DNA of 64,000 bases from Utricularia gibba. Taxonomy: Eukaryota > Plantae > Magnoliophyta. The position numbers and the translations under genes are program-made. The notes under the pieces are model-generated. The model was given only the letters and a program-made list of their open reading frames with translations, ran no database searches and was not told the origin of the DNA. Positions 52,968 to 64,000 of the stretch are shown in pieces. The stretch's first letter is position 1. Each line of letters opens with the position of its first letter. The stretch spans positions 3,472,001 to 3,536,000 of the forward strand of contig CM007990.1 of NCBI GenBank assembly GCA_002189035.1, in the 5' to 3' direction.

Positions 52968-55900
52968 CTATCCATTTCTAGAACTCAAGCGTGCTCTCCT
53001 CTCTGAGGAGGATCGCTCCGACTGGGAGAACTGAATCAGGATATGCATGAGAGCCGTGACGACTCCGAGGGCAACAGCTGAAAAGGTTGCACCTTTCCAG
53101 GATGAGAAAACAGAGAAGTGGTGAACCAGCTTCAAGGCTCCTAGGATGAGTAAAATTGACCAGAAACAGACAACCTGTTCTTGTGAAACGGATCTTATCA
53201 GACATCTTGGTAATCCAATGAAAAAAAAAAAAAAAAAGAGTTGAGGAGCTAAGAGAGGCACCAGGAGGGGCTTCAAGGGGCGACCAGTATCCTGAAGTTG
53301 TTCTCCGAATGAATTCTCAGCATTATGCTTGTCCAATAGCTTGTCCTGGTGGCAGAATCCGCGGAAGAGACAGTTTTTAAAAAATGGAAGAGGCATGTCT
53401 ACACTCATTTGCTTTGACACAGTACTGTACGGATATAAAACCATCAAAAAGTTTGAACCTTAGCGATGAAAGCATCCCTGCACCATTGCGCGATTGCTTC
53501 ATCATTATCAGGTAAGTCCTTCATTAGGCAACGCTTGATATGCACATGTACCTGCAATGGGAAAATGACAAACATACACAGATCCAAAAAAAAATATGAA
53601 GGCACCTTCACAAAAGAAAGTGTATGATCATGCCACAGCCCACTGAGGACTACCCAAAAAGAAAAAAAAAATGAATGGGTGTCTATGCAGTTGCATAAAG
53701 TTCAGTGTACCAATTCGAGTGGGTGAGGGTGAGTTTGCCTCAGCGAGAAATTAAATACTGTAGTCGTGAACACAAAAAAGACATTGTTTATGAGGAATAG
53801 TAGTAGCACACGAATTTCACTAGGCACTTTTTCGTACTGTTTTGTTCCTAAACACAACCACCATATAAATCAGACTTTCTTTTGATACGATAGAATGCCT
53901 TACCACAGACGACTGCCCTTTAAAGAGTCTGAGCATTGTTGGAGGTGGAGAAGATTTTGGAATGGCAACTGTTATATCATAGATGGCAGGAACAAATGAA
54001 CGCATGTGATTCACAGCTGTAACAAATCCCTGAAATTCGCACTATCGTCAGAAACAATATTAAAAACATAGAATGAACTGTATTCTTGGTTCAGAATAAA
54101 AACATCACCAAACCTTAGTACGGGGGATTAAAACGTTTCTAGGGACAGGTAATCCTGCTGAGGATGCGTATTCCCGAGCTGCTAAAAGTTTTGCCTGTGT
54201 AAAGCGAGTACCCTCAACAAAAAGAGCGAGCCAAAACGGTCTTGGAAAATCACTCAGTTGTTGATATCCTGCCTGTCACATGTTTTTATGCAAGATGAGA
54301 TTGGCGTGAATGTAATGGCTCAAGACCCAGAAGGAAATGACCTGTTAACTCTAAAACCCAAATTAACCATATAAAGTCAAATCGTAAATAAATCAATGGA
54401 TAGTATTTGCATATACCTTTAATGTGCCTTCATCTTTCGCCCAGTTCCTTTCAAGAAAAATATATTCAGAGAACCACATGGACCATCCTATCACCTTCAA
54501 AAAGTTGAGAGCGATATTTACATGCTATCTGCCTTTTATTTTGTGCCGAGGTATAAAACTTGTGAAAGGTAAAAAAAAAAAAAATGAACAGCCTCTTAAC
54601 TAACTGTATTAACACATTAGCAAAATATAAAAAGATAACGTTCTGAAACAAGAAGGCAACTAAGTGGTAATCATTGTTCTTTGAAGTATGTAGAGAAAAC
54701 AAAAATCAAATCATCATAACAACAGAAATAAAATACTGCTTACAGGAAGGATCTTTGATGACTTCTTCATTATAGCTAATGTGCTACCAAGGCAACCTGA
54801 CCGCTGCAATTAGAAGTTAAAGAGATTGTCAAAATATGCTTCAGTAAGAATGAATATTGATACTGCAAAAACACCAAATCCCGGAAATAAAAATTAGATT
54901 ACGTGACAACTTTTTTGTACATCCACATTTATTTTCATAAATTGCATGCTCCTATGACAGAGCTCGTTTCATATATTCCTAATTACCTTTTCAGAAATTG
55001 GAAGACAGCATACAACAGTAGTATTCCATCTAACATATTAAGAAAACGACACTAACAATATTTTCTGCAACAAAAACACAAGAAACTTAATATATGCATG
55101 GGATTTTAAGAAAATATTAGGAAATATTACAACAATAAACACTGTATTATCTAGACAAAGTGTTGTGACAACAAAGTAGAAATCAACCTGTGCCAGAACC
55201 CATCCAACAAGCCAATCAATATCACTTCGGTGATTAGACATAACAAGTGCGTGTTCTTTACCTGAGAGGGACACCACAAGAAACGTGCTCAGTTACAAAT
55301 AAGAGGAAATGAAATGAATTGTGATGAGTAGGCCCTACCCATCAATTTGAGAGTTTCAGGATCAGTGTATAGCTCTATCTGCAGCCATAATCACAAGGTA
55401 GATTGTCTTAAAGAGATGCCAGCATGATTCTTAAACTTATATTAAAAAATATGGCAGTATAATTCCTACAGAGTCAAATGATAAATTGACCTAAACTCTC
55501 ATACAGTTGTAAATGGATATGGAAAGTGAGGAACATTGTTCATTCACCAAGCACAAAACCGCGTTCTTGGTTTAAAGGTTCTAAGTAACCCTTGCAGCAA
55601 GTAATTTGAAGCTTGAGAGAAGAACCCATTCCTAACCTAACACTGCTTACAGTATTCGGAATTCCCACAGAGCACCAGTTTTAAAAATGGCGTAAGTGTA
55701 TGATAATTTAAACGTGAGGCAAGGCAGTGCTAGCGAATATCATTCAATGTGCAACAATTCAGTATAAATCACCTTCACGCCAGCCCACCAATCAACGATC
55801 CAAACAAGCTCCATCCACAAAAATTCTACCACAATCCTGTTTATCATCCTGAAAATATTTCTTGACCATGGCCTTATCAGCAAATAAAGTAATGCCTGCA

Positions 55901-56342
55901 TTGGTTTGATAAAAACAAGTTCTTTAAGCCAAGATAGGTTAACAAGTTTCCAATAATAACTAAATACGTATCTCATCCTTAAGAAATGAGCTTGCTTGGT
56001 TATCAGAATATTTAACCTTAACGTAACTACTCAAAAAATAAGTTGGACTTATATGAGAAATTACGAAAGATGTGCTAATGAAGTCCTCGATCCAGATTCA
56101 GAAAAAGAAAATCATAAGGTGCGAAAGATGGAAAATTATAGTGTTAGAAAATGAAACAAATTTCCTAACGATACTGTGAAATCGCGTCTTGCCAACGCGA
56201 GCACCAAAGTGCTTGGTTTAAGAAAAATGAACACATGCTGGAAAATTTTTAAAAGAAGAACCTGGATAAAATTAACAACTAGTCCAGATAGAAAAAAGAG
56301 AAAGCCCAGGGGAACGATCACGATCGCCGCTGCAATCGCCAT
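52968..56342 (-). CDS. LPAT2: 1-acyl-sn-glycerol-3-phosphate acyltransferase LPAT2, 11 exons, about 374 aa
   Basis: Exons 56342-56262, 55895-55773, 55378-55339, 55261-55188, 54803-54744, 54494-54417, 54272-54114, 54029-53904, 53551-53459, 53345-53262, 53174-52968 (1125 nt). Motifs [23 protein letters not shown]. Confidence 0.96.
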
Positions 56343-57799
56343 AAAGGAAAGTTCGCAGTCGCCGCAACAAATGCAGAGAGAATTCCAACAAGCTGCGCAG
56401 CGGAATCTTCAAGTGAAGCGCGATCGAGGATCGAGAAAGTCGGATTCAAGAATCCATCATTACTCCGGGCGGGGTGCGTGATATGGATACGGAGAAGAGG
56501 CGGCCGTAAAGCATTGTTAATGACGAAGAGCCAAAAAACGAAACCTGCTGCGTTCAGTTGCCAAACTGGCCATGTGCCACGTGTAGATAGAAGTGTGGGG
56601 CCAACGGAGGCTTTTGAGATACCGTCACATCTCTGCAAATTCAATTAAGAGACTCTTCGGGCTAAATTGTATTGCATGGGTGGACACAAAAGTTGGAAAA
56701 TTTCATCAAATCTCAACCTTACCCAAATGTAACAATCTCTATACATTCCAAATTTCCCTTAAAACCTTTATGTTGAAAAATAAGAGTATTCCAAATTCAA
56801 TACATAACAGATACTATTGATGTAGATGATGCTTGGTGTATCCAATTGTCTAAACATCATCTTGCAATTCATTTTATTGGTTCATCTATTGCGAAATATT
56901 GTAATAATTATCTGTAGAAAGATCTTGTGATTCATTTACACAATTAAGCTCAATGTATCTTGGACATATCCAACACCTAAACCCTTTCTTGTTATTTTCA
57001 AGTTATAAATTAATGGTTTGGGTTATTCCTTTAAGTTGCATATACGTGTCATGGATGCATGCATGTATAGATGAAAGTTAGGCCAAACCAGACTGATTAT
57101 ATCCTAATCTTAAGGGCTCTTGTCAAATTTTAAACTAAGATATGACTGAATTCCAATCTTATAAAGCGATACTAATTTATTTATTCATTGGGTTGGTTCA
57201 GTCCTATATGCTACATCGGTTTAGAGTTTTTTAATATGTAATAAAGTTATATATTTAAATTATAAATATTAATGTTAATCGTATAATTAATAGAAAATTA
57301 TTATTAATTCTTGATATTTACGAAAATAATAATGAGAATTAATTATAAATAATATTTAATAATGTATATTAAAAAATTTGAAAAATATGTAAGGTCGATT
57401 TTGACTCCAAGCTTATTGAGCCTTGGACAAAAAAGCTTGATATTTATTTGGACTTATAACTTGTAAGTTGGAGCCCTATATTTTTCTATGGTCGGGACGG
57501 TTCAACCCATGGATTTGGATCTAAACTTCTATATTAGGTACCTGTCAAAGCTAAAATATCATCAAAGAAACAAATTACCTTCCGTAAAATAAAATTAAAA
57601 AAAATGACAACATCATGATGGCATGGAATTGTTGCATCGAAGATGGAAAAATGATTAACTCGCTCGAGAGGTGGAATGCCATTATTATTGTCGAATAGTT
57701 TGTTATTACTGTTAAGCTTGAAAATTGATGGGCCTCAATTATTGTTTTGTTTGAAGGGACAACTGACACTATTTTTACATGTGAGGGATTCTAGTTTTT

Positions 57800-58837
57800 T
57801 GTCACTAATTCAGTGACGTAGTGTCAAGTTTTCATTATTTTTCAAAGTGGTGAAGCCCCTTTCCTCTCAAAAGGAAGAAGCGGGAAGCCACCCAAAAGGG
57901 TGAAAACCACCAGAAGCAAGAGAAAAACCACCCCATAAGCAAAGTCCTCAAAGATACAAATCATTTTTGGGTAAATGTGTGGCCAATCTATGGGCAGCAG
58001 AAATCAGGAGGGAGACAACAAGTCTGAGTTGTTACTTATACGATGGTGTGTAGTCAGTTGATGATGTCACATATTCAGATAAAAAAAAACCCCTAGTTAC
58101 TTGGGGAATACTTTTTACACCATCCATCCATCATACAGACATCCACATCCATAATTTATTATCTTATCCAACAAGGGGCCACACGCCTTTATTTCTTGTC
58201 TTGTCAGTGAGAGGGTTATAACTCTTGCCTACTATTTCGCCACCAAAACAAGCATTTCGTAGATGAAGATGCCACTTGCTCCTGTTCACTGTTTCACTCG
58301 AAAAGTCGTAATACATTCTTATTTATTATCTAACTTGAAAGTGGCAATAAACTTTTTTTAACTATCTAGGGGCGAGAAGCGGGGATTATTCTTTCTTAAC
58401 ATGATGCTACCAAGCAATTTTGTTTGGACATTGTCGGAGTGGGTGAAATAAAGATGACCAATAGGGACTTGTAGACCTACAGCAAATAACGACACGGAGA
58501 TGTGCTACAACAATTTTGTGAATGATGGAAGACTCGAAATTTGAACTCCGATTTCATTATGCAAGCAAGTGTTTGTGTGAAAACATTCTGAAGAGCATTA
58601 TCAAGTAAAGGGGCTTATGTTATAAAATAGCCATCTACATGAGGAAAATTCGGGAAGTCATTGCCTAGGAAGATGAAGACACCTTGGCAGGAAGTACATA
58701 GGAAAATGGACATGTTTGAACGAAGGTGTGGGCATGGAATGCTCCAAAAGAAAAGTCACCAAAGGAAAGTGGTGGAGCAAGAAAACCCGCGGATATCGAG
58801 TGCTTAGGAAAACAATGCCCGGTAAAGACTGGCTACA
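57800..58837 (-). mobile_element. Probable Tat-like gypsy remnant (LTR about 58421-58837 plus adjacent leader)
   Basis: TGTTTGG...GGCTACA ends; PBS-like TGGTAGCATCAT on the minus strand next to the LTR; no TSD found. Confidence 0.4.
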
Positions 58838-60499
58838 TAGTTAAAAGTAATAACACATATTTTGTGGATATTTTTATATTATAAAATTATAATATTTGAT
58901 ACTAAAATTATATGTTTTAATTATGAATTTTAATATTTTATTCAATTTAATATTATTTATATTTTATTCAAAATATGAACTAAAATTAAAATATTTCATT
59001 ATGATTTTTGAATTAGAACTAACATTCTATTGTCTTTTTATTTTTTTATTTTCATAATTACTGTGGAATATATGCTGATTGTAACTAAAACTTAAAATCA
59101 AAATGTTTGAACTTTCGTTATGATAAATATTAGACTTCTTGTTTTCGCCTAAAGTATTCTACATTTTCCATAAATTTATTGATTAATATGTTTAAAAGTT
59201 TTATAAATTTGATAAGAAAATTCAAGATCTTGCTACGATTTGAAAATTTTCGTTTATCAAGTGACAATTTGGATATTTAAAATTCATAAACACTTGGAAA
59301 GTTTCTATAGTTGATAGAAGAGTCTTTGGAAAAAAAAATTGGAACATTCCAAAAATCTTATTTTCTTACAATGCTTCGAGGGCACATTTATAATACAAGA
59401 AGATATTAAACATTGTAAATAATCTTCGCCAGAAATTGAGATTAGTATCCCCATTGGTGGCCGTTGAGTTATATCGTATGCTATACATCATTACTTAAAA
59501 GTACACTTAGATAATTTGAATGTAATTAATCTTGTGACCGGTTTGGACTGAAATTGCGGTTCGAACCATAACCAAGATACGATTCTGGTTCTAGTTTGGA
59601 ATTTTGAATCTTTGCGATCATGGCCCGATTCCATGTTTTAATATTGATACTTATTAGTATTTCTCATTCTCAAATCTGAATTACCATTCCAAATTGTTAT
59701 TTCAATTTCAATTTCAATTTACATTTTTCGAACTGATGGTATATTCAGAGTTCAAGTTTCTATATCGGTGAACAATTGCTTCTTTTTGTTATACTTTCTA
59801 TTATTGTTCTACTTTTCATTTTCTTAAACACTGTAATCACCTCGTTTTCAAAGTTTTTCTCAAACAAATAATTATTCTCTTTTTTGAAAATGAATAAGAT
59901 TTACCTTGTGGAGAACAATTTAACTTTTTACATCTTTGATTCTTTTATCTTGTTAAAGATTAAAAAAATAATGATAATGATTTAATAGATATTTAAGATC
60001 ATTTTATTGTCCGAAATCCTAAAATACTTACTTAAAAACATTATTAGAATACACTTTAAAATAAGTTTGACATACTGACATGTACAAAAACCATCTTAGA
60101 GATAAATAAAACAATAAATTACTTTAATTTAAATAAAAAATTATATTTTAAGAGAGATAATACTATATTATCATCATTTTTTAAATGTATACTTTTTTAA
60201 AATTACTAATGTATTGTACTTAATTGCTATGTTTTTTGTGGCAATTTTGTTAATATATTTATGTTAGTCTAAAAATTTTTTGAAAATAGCTGTTGTTTTT
60301 TTATCATCACTCAAATATCTGTAGTTTTTATAATGCATTATACTTAATTGCTGAATGGTCTCTGAAAATTTATAAAGAAAATATAACATATAAAACTTCC
60401 CTTTTAGTAATTGTGTAATTTCTATGTGTCTCGTCTAGTGTCTAAGAAGCATATGAAATGACATTATGCTTAACTTTGATTTTGTGACCTAGAACTACT

Positions 60500-61270
60500 T
60501 CTATAGTATGATTGCTATACTTCTAGTGTGACAATTGCATCATAGGAGCAACTCCAAGATCCCCTTAATTGTGACAACAATAGTGCCATTGCCCATGCAA
60601 AAGAACCAAGATCCCATAAAAACACCAAATACATAGAAAGGCGATATCACATCCTACCAAAAATTGTAGGAAGGGGAGATTGATAATTGAGAAAATAGCG
60701 TCGTAAGAATATGTGGCCAATCCATTTACTAAGTCTATGAATCAACAGCAGTTGGATTTCCACCTTTAGAGGATGAGATTAAGATACTATAATGAATGGC
60801 TTTAGTGCAAGTGGAAGATTCTTAGAAGTATGCTCAAGAGCCATGTTATCTAGTATTCCATAATTGTTGTTCTCTTTTTTACATCAATGTTCAGAATTAT
60901 ATGTTTGGAAAATGTATTTTTAAATTGTTAAAAATATTCGACAGAGTCTCTTGTAACATGTATGTTCAAATGGTTCACAGTTTGCTACTTTGATTAGGCA
61001 TCATCATTGGTATAATTGTCAACTCTGTTTATTTTATTGTGTTGATAAAATATTTGTCAAAATAGACTAGGTAGTGAGTCGAATGCTACTTGACATGAGA
61101 TGTAAGAACATCTATAGGCTCATGAGATGAGTTGACTGAACTTGTGACGCTAAATAATATATACTTTTACATATGTTAACATAGTGTTATTTAGATTGCT
61201 TTATGAAAATCCTTTGACTTGAGGTTTCATTATGTCTTATATATTATTGCCTTAGATTTGTTACTATTTA
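60500..61270 (+). mobile_element. Ty1/copia (Angela-like) RNase H end, PPT and 3' LTR remnant
   Basis: CDNNSAIAHAKEPRSHKNTKYIERRYHI..ANPFTK followed by GCAAGTGGAAGAT (PPT-like) and LTR-like sequence. Confidence 0.8.
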
Positions 61271-61627
61271 GACTTTTTGAAACATACAAGTCGGCAATAG
61301 TGATGGTTTAAGTCGGACGAGACTTCAAATTTCCAGATTGTTTCATCGGGTAAATTCTTGGCAAGGGTAACGAGATAAAGGAATGAGATTCCAGATTCTC
61401 TTTTTGCCATCGAAACAGATATTCATGATAACTTTGATGATTTAGATGAAATGGAATTTGATCATCCATGATTCCTTTTTAAATCGAAATCTCTAATGAA
61501 GGGGATATTCATAAGTGTAACGATCAAGGTTCATCATTATTAGAGAAATGAAATTTCTTGCTTCTTATTGCTAATTAAAAATGAACTTAGTAAGTCACAC
61601 ATACGAGAATTAGAAATTTTTAGAGAC

Positions 61628-63830
61628 TGATAACACATATTTTTGAGTGTTTAAGAATAGGAAAATGATTAATATTTTGCTACAAAACTCAAATTTTATT
61701 ATATATTTCTATGATTTTGTGACTAGTAATGCTGTTATGTCTTTTATTTCTAGTTAGACTAAATCGTAATTTAGTCCCACTTCTTAGTTCTAATAGTTCT
61801 CCTGAGCAATGCAACGTATGCTAACAACCCAAATCCCAAGGAGTTAAAAGAGAACAGTAAAGTTATAAAAGATGGGGACAAAAACTGAATCAATATACCA
61901 AATCTCAAGGTGAAGAGAAAAAGAAGATTTTTGAAATGATGAGGAGAAAAATATCTCCACCATCTTGAAGAACATGCCATAGTCTTCTGGGAGGGGATCT
62001 AATAGGAAACTGAAGCAGAACCATGGAGAACGAAGAAGATGAACCAGAAACCAAATCTCAAAATAGTTTTAGCTTTTTCGCATAACTGTTTACTATTCCA
62101 GTTATTACTTATTTTATTGTTTTTTTCTTGTTGTTAGGTTGTGGAATAAAGATGATTTTCCTATTATGCCATGAAAGTATTTTCTTTTTTCTTAGTATGA
62201 GTAGTTAGTCACTTAGAGGTGTCTTAAGACAAAGAGGGATGAGCATGCTTATTGTTTACTAAATCACACTACTACTTAATTACTCTACTTCTTTAACATA
62301 TCAGGATAGATATAGAAGGGGAAAGTAATGGTTTTCATCATAAATAGTCCTAATTAAAAGTAAACAAAAAATTAGGAAAAAAAAAGGATTTAGGTATACT
62401 TAAGTCTTTGTTTGTTTGGTGAATGATTTTAGGTTTGGATGAGATAGTTGTAGTGACTAGCATGTTACCCTTGAATGTCCCAAGTTATGATATTATTGTA
62501 GAACTCCTATTCCTAACTTATACTAAATTTCCAACAATGATAAAAACAACATGTACCAACATTCACACAACAAGTACATAGCTCTTTGTATTTGACCCTG
62601 ATAAATGAAAAATTTGTGCAAGTCGTTAATTTGCAAATTTCTCCTATTAAATAAATTTATAAACCTAATTCACATCAAGTCATACGAAAAATATGAGCAT
62701 AGTAGACTAGGGTCGAACACAAGGAGCTTGGTTCTTGCTATGTGAAGGTCAATGCAAAGAGTCAGTGTCACGTTGGTAAATTTGGTCTTAACTAGGACTA
62801 AGGCAGAACTACGACGGAATACAGTAAAGAAAAGTAATAAGTTTTGGAGCTCGGTTGTTTCTGGAATGAAATGGGTGATGCCTTGGGACTCCTAAGGGAT
62901 GTATGCTTATCACTAATCAAGCTCACACAAACCACAAATCATGCAACTAACTCACAAGATCTAGGTCTACCCGGACTCTTGTTTTTTCCCCTAATCTTTG
63001 GTCTACCTCTAATTAGGGTTGTTAAGCTGGGTTTCACTACTTCCCCTCCTGAATCTATCCTGATTTGTTAAGGAAGTGGCGTGATTTATGGTTGATTAGG
63101 TCTAAGGATGGATTAGCATATTTCTTCCCTTTTCACCCCAAGGCACCCCCTAACTGCTTAGCCACTCATGCTTAAGACAAAAGACAATAGAAAAGAAAAC
63201 ATCATCCACAATGTACTCATGTCTCAGTCGACTATCAGGAAATAAACAAGCAAGAAACTTAAAACTTCAACAGAAAGCTGGAAATGTCGCTAGCTAATCC
63301 TAGCTAAGAGTAATAATCTTTCGAAAGCAGAAAATAATCTTCAAGCATCAGCTTAGTTCCTGTTCGTCTTCCTCCTTCTTCCTCCCCCAGAAAATCTTCT
63401 CCAGAAAGTTGTCGTGAGTCTCCAAAGGGGAGATCTGCCTTCTCTCTCCATCTTTTCCACCCTTTTGTCCAAAATCTCCCTTTTTCCTCGGATTTTGTGT
63501 GTACTGCTTTTTAGACTTTTGGACTCATCTTCTGCCACTACACTGTGCATATTCGCTCCTTGAGATTTGTGTTGCGACCTGTATTGTATTGCTCAAAGAA
63601 CACTATTACGGTACTTTGCGCAAAAATATAGAACTTGATAGTAAAATCTGATTTTTGTAGCACAATATGAGTAATTTCCATGTACTCAATCACTCAAAAA
63701 TATGTGTTATCAGACCCTGATCCACTATGCTCATATTTTTTGTATGATTGAATGTGAATTAGGATTATAAATTTTATTTGATACGTGAATTTTTCAATTT
63801 TAACGACATTACTAAATTTTTCTTTCATCA
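61628..63830 (+). mobile_element. Solo LTR B5, interrupted by B6; pieces 61628-62598 and 63718-63830
   Basis: TGATAAC...TTCATCA termini, TSD GAGAC/AAGAC, about 1084 bp rejoined. Confidence 0.85.
62599..63712 (-). mobile_element. Solo LTR B6 nested in B5 in opposite orientation
   Basis: TGATAAA...GTTATCA termini, 1114 bp, perfect TSD GACCC. Confidence 0.92.
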
Positions 63831-64000
63831 AAGACGCTTGTGATTCAAATTTTTGGTAGACTCTAGCATGTCTTTAAATTTGAATCATAAATTGGCTAAA
63901 GAATTCATGATATAGGACAAGCTCATATTGATTGCCAAAGCCCAAAAACATATAGTTTTATGATTTGGTAGAGGTACCAAGCTCATATTCCTAAAAGCCC

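Overview
Plant (angiosperm, probably eudicot) nuclear genomic DNA. Eight protein-coding genes sit in three compact islands. Island 1 (10-23 kb): CCR4 deadenylase, MARIS/PTI1-like kinase, a small uncharacterised conserved protein, a divergent clade-D PP2C and actin. Island 2 (41-43 kb): CBF5/dyskerin. Island 3 (51-56 kb): SmD3 and LPAT2. Many introns are very short (61-90 nt). The spacers are layered transposon fossils: decayed hAT and PIF/Harbinger elements, gypsy and copia remnants, and 11 solo LTRs with recognisable 5-bp target-site duplications (TSDs) but no intact retrotransposon. Twice a solo LTR lies inside another solo LTR of its own family. CBF5 has an apparent 1-nt frameshift before its K/E-rich tail. 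I found no prokaryotic features, CRISPR arrays, tRNAs or rRNAs, and no evidence strong enough to claim a new biological system. All gene models and family calls were made by eye from motifs and splice sites, without database searches.
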